From a virus (taxonomy: Duplodnaviria; Heunggongvirae; Uroviricota; Caudoviricetes), in the IMG/VR virus record IMGVR_UViG_3300043399_000561: a DNA stretch of 64,000 nt, one strand, 5' to 3'. Below, piece after piece: positions 44,097 to 54,179 of this stretch. Numbering within the stretch: position 1 is the first letter of the stretch; each line of letters begins with the position of its first letter. The notes beneath the pieces are model-generated. The model worked only from the letters and a program-made list of their open reading frames with translations, was not told where the DNA came from and did not search any database. The position numbers and the translations under genes are program-made.

Positions 44097-47000
44097 TTAG
44101 AAGAAAAGAAAGAATTGTCCACCGACAGTAGAAATTAATACACCTATCATATAGGTTATATTAAGATAATCTACCGTGCCAGCAACATAATATATGCCAG
44201 TATTATTTCCATTATCATCTGTATTAGCTCCGACATTCCAAGCAGTAGCTTTACTAAGTGTATATTGACTTGTATTTGTAGATGTCAGATATGTTCTTAC
44301 ATTTGAGATACCGTTGACGCTGAATGTGGTCAGACTTTGTGTAGATCCACCTTCAAATAAAATAATAGTAGGCGATGCTGAATTAGTCAAAGTATCAATT
44401 GTATTATTACCATAGATGAATAAAGGACTAGCGCCAGCAGATATAGTTCCGTACTCTAGACCGCCACCATAGAATGACTGATTTCCAGCAGTACCAGTGA
44501 ATGTTATATTAAGTGGTGTTGTATATGTTAAGCCTGTAGTATTTTCTATTTCAAATACTGGTATAAATCGTGAATATCCTGAAAATACTCCTTCATCTTT
44601 ACCGGTAATATTAATTTGACCTGAACCTTGAGTAATAGTTTTAGCTGAAGTATCTAATATACTAATACCTTTTGTTGTTAGATTAAATCCGTTCAAATCA
44701 AATGTACCTGAGACTAGATAAAAGCCTCCTGTGTCATTTGTGGAGTTTAAAGTTAGATTGTCAAGTAGCCTCAATGTTCCTGAAGTTTTAATTACTTCTA
44801 TTAAGATACCCCCTGATCTACCATTTGATTTAATAGTCTGATCTGTTGATCCTCGAAATGAAAAAATAAAATTAGTAGTAGTTAAATCTACTGAGCTACC
44901 TAAATCAACATCACCATAAATAAAGATAGAATTTGAAAGACCAGTAGGTTTTCCCCCGAATCCAGTTAGATTTAAGTTATTGATATATCTGTTAGTTAGA
45001 TTCAATATATCTGTTCCAGCAGTTACATTAATATTTACAGAAGTGACAGAAGAATCAAGTAAATTTATACTTCTCGTTCCAGTTGCACCACTATAAGTAC
45101 AATTGAACGTAGGTGTGCCGGTCATAGTGAGATATGTTCCTACACCATTTTGATAACTCAAAATAGTAGCACTATTACCAGTCAAATTAATTGTACTAGT
45201 ACCAAATGTTATAGTTCTATTAGTAGGAACAAATGTTTCTGTAAACGAAGCACCAGTCAAAGTAAACCCATTTAGATTAAGCGTACCTCTTCCATGTGTA
45301 ATAGTACCTGTTGTAGTCGTAGCAGCACTTAACTGAACCGTTCCTGTATTAACAAGATTCAGACCATAGGTCATTGTGATACCAGCAGTATTAATACTTT
45401 GTGTGCCAGTTCCAATAAAGTTGATAGCTGTCGTACCAGAAGAGGTCAACGAGCTATAAAGAGTTAAACTACCAGTCATCCAAGGCGCAAATGATGTACA
45501 AGCTAAAGTTGTAGCCGTAGTTCTAGAAGCATATGTAATTGAACCGACAAGATAGTTTGCATTATATGTTACTACTTGACCAATTGCGGTACCATTATTT
45601 GTAAATGCAGCAGTATCCTGTGCTAATGGAAAGTTATTTAAAGCAGGAGTACCAGACGGAGCAGTAGCCCAAGCAGTAGCAGACCAATTTTGAGGAGTAC
45701 CTGTTAAATTCCAGTATACAGTTTTAGCTGCTGGAAATGTAATATTGCTATTACCACTACCATTACCCAGTCTTGTACCTGACCATGTACCAGCAGCACC
45801 AGCCGCTGTAATATTATGGAAATCAATATCTGTAAAAGTTCCGACCGCTGCTGCTGTAATTGTTGTAGTTGTGTCAAACGAATACAAAAATGTTCTATAG
45901 ATTACACTGGTACCAGCATTAAGTGTAAATGTTCCATTAACTGTTACACCAGTACAGCCTTGGAACTGAATTCGAGATATGCCGACGGAACCTGATCTAC
46001 CAGTAACCGTGAAATTATTACAAGTAAACGAAACCGTAGATGTATACGCCGTACTACCTATATAGGTTGAACTGCCGATATAGATATTACTGATTGTGGT
46101 ATTAGTAAATGAAAGATTACGAAATGTAGCCATACCATCTAGAATTAAGGCAGATGTTGTTCCGCTAAATGTTATAGTACTTGTACCGGCGTTGAATGTA
46201 GTTGAACCATTACTTAACCCGTAAAGTCTAAGTCCAGTACTAGAGGAGCCTCCAGTTATAGTTATTGTGGAGGAACCTAGATTTGTTGTTCTATTAAATG
46301 ATGAACTAGAGTCAATATAAACTCCTGCACAAGTTACATTATAATTTTGGGTATTGAAAGTACCAAAATATTGCTGTATTTCGCTACCTAATGTTATAGC
46401 AGAGCCGAGATTAAGAGTACCAGAGCCGTATACTAACAATGATCCTGTAATTGATATAGCAGAACTAGTAAATGTTTGTGTATCTGTATTAATAAAAACA
46501 AAACTATAACTAACGCCCGAAACTGTTACACCAGAGCCTAAATTAACATCTCCATTCACGACAGGATAATTAAAACCAGGTATACTTAATGTTACAGCAC
46601 TGGTTCTGGCACTCATATTAAGAGTACCTATCATATAATTAGCATTTATGGTAACGGTAGTTGCTGCTCCGGTATTATCAAAAATACAAGTATCTTGTGG
46701 CAAAGGAAAGTTTGCGGCAGCAGGTGTGCCACCAGAACTTGTAGCCCAAGCTGTAGCATTCCAATTTTGTGTACCAGTTAGATTCCAATAAACAGTCTTT
46801 GTTGCCGCGAATGTAATATTACTATTTCCCCCTGCATCGCCAAGCCTTGTGCCTGTCCATGGTGTAGCTGGACCAGAAGCCACAATATTTTTGAAATCAA
46901 TATCATCAAGACCTGAAATAGCACCAGCATAAATTGTTCTTGTGGCAGGTGTGAGGCTGCCAATAAATGCGAGCCTAGCAGTATTAAGTAATGTTCCTGT

Positions 47001-50000
47001 TACAGATAAAGTGCCATTGATAGTTTGATTGGCATTAAATACTACTTGCACATAAGAAGCTGCGGCTGGATGCGTAAATGTTAGATTGTTATAGGTATTA
47101 GCGCCATTAAAAGTCATATCCGTAGGCGCTGTAGATGTGAATGACATGTTATAAAATGTCTGTCCGCCCCCCTGCAATGTTACACTAGCACCAGAAAAAC
47201 TAATCGTAGATGTTCCGGAACTAAACGTAAGACCAGTAGTAGTAAAATTCCATACTGTGCCAGTGCCAGATAATGCGACTGTAGAAGCACCAAGTGTAAT
47301 AGAACGAGTATTGCTATTACTAGAGGATAATGAAGCAGCAGTTACATTGAAGCCACCAGTAGAAAACGTTCCTGAGTTAATAGTCAACGCATTTGCACCA
47401 ATGTTAAGAGCATCCTGTAATGTCCATCCACCTGTAGTTGATGAGAAGGTAATCGGGAATCCAAGAGTCTTACCATTTGATCTTATAGTCTTACCCGTCG
47501 ATGATGCTGCAAATGTTAAAGCATTAGCACCAGCTGTCACAGTCATACCAGTTGATACGGTTAAACTTCCAAAAAGTGTTAGTGCTGTGTTAGCCCAGGT
47601 TCCTGTGAAGCCGGTAAAATCTAAGTCGCGTATATTCCCAGCCGTAATTGTAACAGTAGCAGCCCCAGCACCTGATATTTTGAATGAGATTGAATTAGTC
47701 TCATCAGGTGCACCTGGTGTAATAGTTTTAGCAGTCGTTGTAGCATTGGTCATATTTACAACAGGCGTGCCGTAGATAAACAACTCTTGTACTGATGTTG
47801 TGTCCCATACAGTACCAGTACCATTTACAGCAATAGTACCAGATGATCCAAAATCAATAAAACGAATATTTGAGTTATTAGACGCAAAGTTATTACAAGT
47901 CAGCGTAAAGTTATTAAGAATCAATGAACCATATGTAAGAGTGACACCGTAGGTCGTACCTGTAGTCATAGCATCTTGGAGAGTCCACTCGCCTCCGATA
48001 CCATTAAAGACAACAGGAAAGCCTAATGTTTTACCTGCAGATGTGATAGTCTTACCAATTGAAGTAGCAGCAAATGTTACCGCGTTAGCACCAGCTGTAA
48101 CAGTCATACCGGTAGCAATATTAAGACTGCCATAGATGGTCAGTACAGTATTGGCCCACGAACCGGTGAAACCTGTAAAGTCTAAATCCCGTACATTACC
48201 GGCTGTAATTGAAACTGTGCCAGCACCTGCCGTGACATAGAAATTAATAGAATTGGCTTCTGACACCGCGCCCGGTTGAATAGTTCGTGTAATACCAGCG
48301 CCGGCGGCTCCAGTCAATCTAACATTTGAAGTGCCAAGAATAGTAATACTTGGTACCGCCACAGCAGGCACAAACCAGACAGTAGTAGTAGTTGTAGCAG
48401 TAAGATTTATTGTACCTGAGTTACCGAAATTAAGTTGCGTAGTAAGTGTATTTGAACCAAACTCAAACGTGGTCGCTTGCAAGGTATAATTATTTAGATT
48501 AAGCAAACCACTGCTAAGAACAAATGAATTTGTAGAAGTAAAATTACTACCTAATGTAACAGTTCCTGCATTGTTATTATCTGTGCCTGTAATACTAACT
48601 ACTGCGCTTATGGTAGCACCATTAGTAGTTAATGAGCGTGAAGATCCAGTAATACTATACATATTTAAAATAGCGGTACCACTTATAGTAAGCGATGAGC
48701 TAAGTGTAATATCACCTAATATTAGGATTCCGTTATTAACTATGATGGAAAATGCGCTTGTTCTAGTAGATGTATCTAAATCTGTTATATTATAACCAAT
48801 TTGATCTACTGTAATAGAAGTTCCAGCTGAAGAATTATCTATAATAACTGTATCTTGAGGTAACGGAAAGTTGGATAAACTTGGTGAACCTCCAGACGAA
48901 GCTGCCCAACCATTTGATGACCAATTATTAGCGCCGGCTAAATTCCAATATACAGTTTTTGGTGCGTCAAATGTAATATTTGTATTATTTCCTATATCAC
49001 CAAATGATGTACCAGTCCATGGTATAGAAGATCCAGCCGCGGTAATGTCTGAAAAATTAACATATGAAAGTGAAATTGCATTAGCCGTAATTTGTCTAAT
49101 AGACCCGCCACCACCAATACTATATCTTTTCGTTTCGTCTGTACCGTTAGCAGTTAATGTGCCATTAATGATTTGATTAGCATTAAATGCTACAGAAGCT
49201 CTTGTGGTAGTCGTAGGAAAACTTAAATTATTAAAGGTGTTAATTCCAAATATAAAATAATTTGTTACGGCGCTGTTAGTAAAGCTTACATTGTAAAACG
49301 TTTGGCCACCACCTTGAAATGTAGTACTAGATCCACTTGAACAATTGATTTGACTCGTACCAGAACTAAATGTAAGATTGGTAGATGTAGTAAAATCAAC
49401 AGGTGTTGTTCCAAGGAGCGATACTGTAGATGAACCAAGAGTGATCGTTCTTGTATTTGAGTTGCTAGAGCTTAATTGTGAAGCAATAACACTAAATCCA
49501 TTTGTATTGAGTGAACCATTTGTGACTGTGATAGCACCAGCTGATGACATAGCATCTTGAAGCGTCCAGCCGCCACCAACACCATTAAATGTTATTAACG
49601 CAAAAGTTCTACCTGCACTTGTAATAGTTTTACCTGTAGTGGTAGCGGCAAAAGTAAGACCGTTCGAAGCAAAAGTTACGCCTGATACATTAGTCAAGCT
49701 ACCATAGATAGTTATAGTTGCAGTAATAGTACCCGCGAATCCGGTAAGATTTAGATCATTTACAAAGTTATTATCTGTAAATAATACGGTATCAGTCCCA
49801 GCAGAAATATTAAAACTAAATGTAGTAGCAGTTGTGCCTGATGTAATAGTTCTTGTACCAGTAGAACCAGCATATGTACAATTAATAACAGGTGTTCCAG
49901 ATACAGTCAAATTTGTTTGAGTAGTAGCATCAAAGATTGTTGCGCCATTACCAGTAAGAGTTAAATTACCTGTACCAAAGTTAAAAGTTCTAGCGGTAGT

Positions 50001-51062
50001 ACCTGAAATAGTACATAGACCAACCGAAAGTGTAAAAGAGCTAAGAGCTAATGTTCCTTGAGTAAGAGTTAATGTTCTTGTTGAACCAATAGTACAAGCA
50101 TCTCCTAATGTTACGGTAATACCGCTGCCGTTAATTGTAACAGGAAAATCTAAAAGTTCACCATTTGTAGTAAGTGTTGAAGATCCAACAAATGTCCATG
50201 CATTCGCGCCTGCTGTTAGAGTCATTGTATTGGATAAAGTAACATTACCGTATAAAGATAAAGCAACATTTGAAAGAGTACCAGAAAATCCGGTAAAATT
50301 TAGATTGTTAACTCTATTATTTGCTGTAAATGTTACAGTATCAGAACCGGCAGAAATATTGAATCTAAACGTGGTAACACCTGCACCACAAGCAATAGTT
50401 CTTGTACCAGTAGAACCAGCATATGTGCAGTTGATAGTAGGAGTACCTGATACAGTCAAACTTGTCTGTGTGGTAGCTGTAAAGATTGTTATACCATTAC
50501 CAGTGAGTGTTAAATTACCAGTACCAAAGTTGAATGTTCTCGTTGATGTACCAGAAATATTAGCAGTTAAAGCTGTAAATGTGTTTGTTCCGAGTGCCAA
50601 GGTACCCTGTGTGAGTGTTAATGCTGCTGAGGTACTAACATTACCATTAAGTGTAACTGTAATAGAAGCACCACTAATAACAATAGTACTTGCTATCGTC
50701 GTTGTACCGGTATTAAATGTAGATGTTGTACCCGATGCAGTTAATGTACCGGTATTTGTCCAGTTTATAGTACCGGATATGGTTAAACCTGCCGTTGTAA
50801 CACCAATAACGCTTGATCCGGCAAACGTCAAAGTACCAGCAGATGGATTAGCCATATTGATACCCTGAACGTTTGTTGTGGCGGTTCTAGTTACGGTATA
50901 ACTGGCGCCGGCGCCTGCGACATTGGATGCTGAATCAAAGATAGCAACGTCGGCGGTACTTGGAACCGACGCACCTCCAGAACCACCACTAGTCGTTGAC
51001 CAGTTAGTAGTTGTCGTGGCATCCCATGTACCCGTTCCTCCAACCCAATATCTATTTGCCAT
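44097..51062 (-). CDS. Giant modular fibre-like structural protein (2321 aa), Thr/Gly/Asn/Ser-rich with internal tandem repeat modules
   Basis: Single uninterrupted frame. Internal modules recur, such as GTPxINCTY(A/S)G(S/A)TGTR and W(N/S)ATAWA..SGG.P....FPLPQDT. Every plus-strand ORF listed inside it is a Pro/Val-rich reverse-frame artefact. Confidence 0.7.
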   Translation of the reverse strand: MANRYWVGGTGTWDATTTTNWSTTSGGSGGASVPSTADVAIFDSASNVAGAGASYTVTRTATTNVQGINMANPSAGTLTFAGSSVIGVTTAGLTISGTINWTNTGTLTASGTTSTFNTGTTTIASTIVISGASITVTLNGNVSTSAALTLTQGTLALGTNTFTALTANISGTSTRTFNFGTGNLTLTGNGITIFTATTQTSLTVSGTPTINCTYAGSTGTRTIACGAGVTTFRFNISAGSDTVTFTANNRVNNLNFTGFSGTLSNVALSLYGNVTLSNTMTLTAGANAWTFVGSSTLTTNGELLDFPVTINGSGITVTLGDACTIGSTRTLTLTQGTLALSSFTLSVGLCTISGTTARTFNFGTGNLTLTGNGATIFDATTQTNLTVSGTPVINCTYAGSTGTRTITSGTTATTFSFNISAGTDTVLFTDNNFVNDLNLTGFAGTITATITIYGSLTNVSGVTFASNGLTFAATTTGKTITSAGRTFALITFNGVGGGWTLQDAMSSAGAITVTNGSLNTNGFSVIASQLSSSNSNTRTITLGSSTVSLLGTTPVDFTTSTNLTFSSGTSQINCSSGSSTTFQGGGQTFYNVSFTNSAVTNYFIFGINTFNNLSFPTTTTRASVAFNANQIINGTLTANGTDETKRYSIGGGGSIRQITANAISLSYVNFSDITAAGSSIPWTGTSFGDIGNNTNITFDAPKTVYWNLAGANNWSSNGWAASSGGSPSLSNFPLPQDTVIIDNSSAGTSITVDQIGYNITDLDTSTRTSAFSIIVNNGILILGDITLSSSLTISGTAILNMYSITGSSRSLTTNGATISAVVSITGTDNNNAGTVTLGSNFTSTNSFVLSSGLLNLNNYTLQATTFEFGSNTLTTQLNFGNSGTINLTATTTTTVWFVPAVAVPSITILGTSNVRLTGAAGAGITRTIQPGAVSEANSINFYVTAGAGTVSITAGNVRDLDFTGFTGSWANTVLTIYGSLNIATGMTVTAGANAVTFAATSIGKTITSAGKTLGFPVVFNGIGGEWTLQDAMTTGTTYGVTLTYGSLILNNFTLTCNNFASNNSNIRFIDFGSSGTIAVNGTGTVWDTTSVQELFIYGTPVVNMTNATTTAKTITPGAPDETNSISFKISGAGAATVTITAGNIRDLDFTGFTGTWANTALTLFGSLTVSTGMTVTAGANALTFAASSTGKTIRSNGKTLGFPITFSSTTGGWTLQDALNIGANALTINSGTFSTGGFNVTAASLSSSNSNTRSITLGASTVALSGTGTVWNFTTTGLTFSSGTSTISFSGASVTLQGGGQTFYNMSFTSTAPTDMTFNGANTYNNLTFTHPAAASYVQVVFNANQTINGTLSVTGTLLNTARLAFIGSLTPATRTIYAGAISGLDDIDFKNIVASGPATPWTGTRLGDAGGNSNITFAATKTVYWNLTGTQNWNATAWATSSGGTPAAANFPLPQDTCIFDNTGAATTVTINANYMIGTLNMSARTSAVTLSIPGFNYPVVNGDVNLGSGVTVSGVSYSFVFINTDTQTFTSSAISITGSLLVYGSGTLNLGSAITLGSEIQQYFGTFNTQNYNVTCAGVYIDSSSSFNRTTNLGSSTITITGGSSSTGLRLYGLSNGSTTFNAGTSTITFSGTTSALILDGMATFRNLSFTNTTISNIYIGSSTYIGSTAYTSTVSFTCNNFTVTGRSGSVGISRIQFQGCTGVTVNGTFTLNAGTSVIYRTFLYSFDTTTTITAAAVGTFTDIDFHNITAAGAAGTWSGTRLGNGSGNSNITFPAAKTVYWNLTGTPQNWSATAWATAPSGTPALNNFPLAQDTAAFTNNGTAIGQVVTYNANYLVGSITYASRTTATTLACTSFAPWMTGSLTLYSSLTSSGTTAINFIGTGTQSINTAGITMTYGLNLVNTGTVQLSAATTTTGTITHGRGTLNLNGFTLTGASFTETFVPTNRTITFGTSTINLTGNSATILSYQNGVGTYLTMTGTPTFNCTYSGATGTRSINLLDSSVTSVNINVTAGTDILNLTNRYINNLNLTGFGGKPTGLSNSIFIYGDVDLGSSVDLTTTNFIFSFRGSTDQTIKSNGRSGGILIEVIKTSGTLRLLDNLTLNSTNDTGGFYLVSGTFDLNGFNLTTKGISILDTSAKTITQGSGQINITGKDEGVFSGYSRFIPVFEIENTTGLTYTTPLNITFTGTAGNQSFYGGGLEYGTISAGASPLFIYGNNTIDTLTNSASPTIILFEGGSTQSLTTFSVNGISNVRTYLTSTNTSQYTLSKATAWNVGANTDDNGNNTGIYYVAGTVDYLNITYMIGVLISTVGGQFFLFF
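45600..50950. repeat. Intragenic tandem and dispersed DNA repeats inside the giant fibre gene
   Basis: ~200-nt module present three times (about 45640, 46720 and 48880). ~560-nt modules in tandem at about 47430-48560 and 49820-50940. Confidence 0.6.
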
Positions 51063-51065
51063 TGA

Positions 51066-51350
51066 TTAACCTTGCTGTAGCAACTCTTGAATAGTCGGTG
51101 TTGGTGTAGGTTCTGTCAGCCCCGGTAATGTTATTGCTGTCTCCTCAGGAACCGGGTCGGGAACCCCTTTAATAGCTTCAAGCCAATTATTGAATCTGCG
51201 ATCTTTTTCCATTTCAATTTCAGCTGGATCAACTGTAGGATATACATCTGCTCTATAATAGAGAGCATCTCTATAATTATTCACACCATCGGTCTTCTCA
51301 AAGATAATGCGAATCTGACCATCGTCTGTTGTTTCGATAATATCTTCCAT
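51066..51350 (-). CDS. Hypothetical small protein (94 aa) between fibre genes
   Basis: ORF track. Confidence 0.4.
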   Translation of the reverse strand: MEDIIETTDDGQIRIIFEKTDGVNNYRDALYYRADVYPTVDPAEIEMEKDRRFNNWLEAIKGVPDPVPEETAITLPGLTEPTPTPTIQELLQQG

Positions 51351-51361
51351 AATTTAACTCC

Positions 51362-54130
51362 TTAAAATCCAAAGTTCTTAGCAATCAACTGCCACTTAAT
51401 TGCAGTTGAATCATATATAAAACCCAGATAATCTGTCAATGAACTTCCTGATGTTGCTGTAGGTAAAGCCAAATCAGATGATCCATCAAAAATAGAATTC
51501 CACGAAAAGGTTTGGACGTTGCTTGATTTTATTCGTAACATGACCATCTGTCCATTTAATGGTGTTCCAGTTGGAGCATTAATAGTCAATGTGCCTGTAA
51601 CTTGTGTATTTATTTGGGTTGCCATGTCTGTTGTGTCTGCATTGATAGTAATTGACGTTCCGTCTGCGAGAGCATTAACTCTGCGCACTAATCCGCCGGT
51701 TGAGTTCAATGTTCCAGTTACATTTGCACCTGTCGTGGTAACAACAAATACGTTAGCAACATTCCCTACTGAGGTAGTAACATTACCACCTGAAGTAGCG
51801 ATGTTAACATTACTTGTACCGTTTGCAATATTTGATCCACCGGATCCTGAGGGTCCTTGCTGGCCGCCGCCCGACGTTACTGCCGCATAACCTGTCTGGG
51901 CGCTGTCAAAAGTTACAGTTAAGGTTGTTGTGTTATTGAATGTGATTGTAGGATAATTATATCTACCAGTCCAACTGTTTCCTGTTGCGTCTACAAGTTG
52001 GACATTAACATATTGAACACCTAAATTATGTGTCACCGTCCAAGTTGCACTTGACACTGATTGTGTATGAACATATCCAGTAGTAGAACTAACAAATGAT
52101 AAATTACCAGCACCATCAGTGATGAGAATAGCATTAGCAGAACCGCCAGTAATTTTAAGATTGCTTACAGAACCCAAGCTGACGTTCGGTCCAGTGAATG
52201 TTACATTACCGGTAGCTACTAAAGCCCCTGTGCCTAAATTACCTACATTAGCGTTGCCAGTTGCAGTTATCGCAGTAACATTAGCATTTGTCGCACCGAT
52301 ATTACCCACGTTGGCATTGCCAGTAGCATTTAGTGTTCCGGTAACATTAATTCCGGTGCTAGTAATTACTAATTCATTTGTTCCTCCGGCCGCAGTAATG
52401 TTTATATTTCCGCTTGCTGTAGGAATAGCAATATTACTTGTGCCGTTTGCAAAAGTACCAATGAGATTACCACCTGTTATATTGCCAGTTACTGATAATG
52501 AGGTTAATGTACCAACACTTGTGATATTGGGTTGTGTTGCAGTAGTTAATGTACCAGTAATAAAATTTCCTGATATTAAGTTAGCACCTGTTATCTGAGA
52601 AGAAAGACCAGACAAAGTAATACTGGCATTAGTTGCCATTGAAATAGATGTAAGTGTGCCTACTGTAGTGATATTTGATTGGTTGCCAGTTGTTAATGTT
52701 CCGCCAAGAAGTGTAGCAGCAAAATGTCCATTTGCTAAATTGGCGGAGAATGCAGTATTTGAACCTAATGCATAATTAGCAGTTGTATTACCACTTACAA
52801 ACGTCGGGTAATATACGCCGGTTGTTTGTGTTGTGACTACATTAAAGTCGCTTACGTTAGCGTAATTAACATTTAAGTTGGCAACTCTTGTAGTAGAGGT
52901 AACAGTTAACGGTGCAGTACCAGTAGCCACATTTGATGTTAAAGTGCTAGCAATAACAGCAGCACTTGTTAATATATTACCACCTGTGATATTACCAGTT
53001 GCAGTGATTAGCCCAGCAGTTCCTAAGTTACCGACATTAGCATTGCCGGTTACTGCTAATGCATCTCCAACAGAAGTATTACCTACAATTGTAATATTTC
53101 CATTTTGTTCTACAGTTAAGCGGACAGCATTAGTAGTAGAGCCGTTAGGTGTAGTAGCAATAGCATATTTGGTTCCGTGTGCAGTGGCAGACCAATTTTC
53201 CGTAGTTTGGGAGATTGCATATGCACCCCGTGCATATGTAGTCCCGTCATAACCATAGAAACCATGGTAACCTAATTCAGCTCCTGAAACGACCAAACCA
53301 TTAGCATCAGTAGTATTACCTCGCTTGTATACATTAAACCCGGTACTAAAATTATTATTAGCAACTGAGTAGATAGATACCGTACCTGATGTACTGAGTC
53401 CAGTAAGCTGGCCAACGCTTGTAATATTAGGCTGTGCTGCGGTAGTTAATGTCCCTGTTACTAATGTACCGGATAAGTTGCCACCGGTGATATTACCTGT
53501 TGCCGTAATTAAACCGCTAGTGCCTAAATTGCCGACATTGGCGTTTCCTGTTACTGAAAGGGCGTTACCCAATGATAGCGTGTTAGAAGTCTTATTAAAT
53601 GTGAAATTTGCGCTTCCGTTCGCATTGCCGGCGTCATTGAATAAAACTTGAGTATTAGATCCGCCGGCTGGACCAACTGCGCCGCCGCCTGAAGTTACAG
53701 CGGCATATCCAGCTTGTGCGCTATCGAAAGTTACAGTTAATGCACTTGTATTATTAAATGTGATAGTTGGATAGTTATATCTACCAGTCCAACTATTTCC
53801 TGTTGCATCTACGAGTTGAACATTAACATACTGAATTCCCAAATTATGTGTTACTGTCCAAGTAGTAGCTGCTACTGATTGTGTATGTACATATCCGGTT
53901 GTAGAGCTAGCAAATGATAGATTTCCAGCACCATCCGTGATAAGAATAGCGTTAGCCGAGCCACCAGTTATCTTAAGATTCGAGACATTACCTACACTTA
54001 CATTTGCGCCAGTAAATGAAACATTAGCTGTTGCAACTAAGTTAGATGTAGTAGTCGTGTTAGTACTTGCATCTAATGTGATGTTACCAGCCGTCAGGCC
54101 ATTTTTAACATTAAAATTTCTCGTTGCCAC
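51362..54130 (-). CDS. Fibre-like structural protein (922 aa)
   Basis: N-terminus MATRNFNVKNGLTAGNITLDA is shared with gene 54180-57710; repeated GNANVGNLGTAGLITATGNITGGN units. Confidence 0.65.
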   Translation of the reverse strand: MATRNFNVKNGLTAGNITLDASTNTTTTSNLVATANVSFTGANVSVGNVSNLKITGGSANAILITDGAGNLSFASSTTGYVHTQSVAATTWTVTHNLGIQYVNVQLVDATGNSWTGRYNYPTITFNNTSALTVTFDSAQAGYAAVTSGGGAVGPAGGSNTQVLFNDAGNANGSANFTFNKTSNTLSLGNALSVTGNANVGNLGTSGLITATGNITGGNLSGTLVTGTLTTAAQPNITSVGQLTGLSTSGTVSIYSVANNNFSTGFNVYKRGNTTDANGLVVSGAELGYHGFYGYDGTTYARGAYAISQTTENWSATAHGTKYAIATTPNGSTTNAVRLTVEQNGNITIVGNTSVGDALAVTGNANVGNLGTAGLITATGNITGGNILTSAAVIASTLTSNVATGTAPLTVTSTTRVANLNVNYANVSDFNVVTTQTTGVYYPTFVSGNTTANYALGSNTAFSANLANGHFAATLLGGTLTTGNQSNITTVGTLTSISMATNASITLSGLSSQITGANLISGNFITGTLTTATQPNITSVGTLTSLSVTGNITGGNLIGTFANGTSNIAIPTASGNINITAAGGTNELVITSTGINVTGTLNATGNANVGNIGATNANVTAITATGNANVGNLGTGALVATGNVTFTGPNVSLGSVSNLKITGGSANAILITDGAGNLSFVSSTTGYVHTQSVSSATWTVTHNLGVQYVNVQLVDATGNSWTGRYNYPTITFNNTTTLTVTFDSAQTGYAAVTSGGGQQGPSGSGGSNIANGTSNVNIATSGGNVTTSVGNVANVFVVTTTGANVTGTLNSTGGLVRRVNALADGTSITINADTTDMATQINTQVTGTLTINAPTGTPLNGQMVMLRIKSSNVQTFSWNSIFDGSSDLALPTATSGSSLTDYLGFIYDSTAIKWQLIAKNFGF

Positions 54131-54179
54131 AGTTCCATATATCCCTGTTTTATATTTTATTTAGCTATTTCTAGCTGTA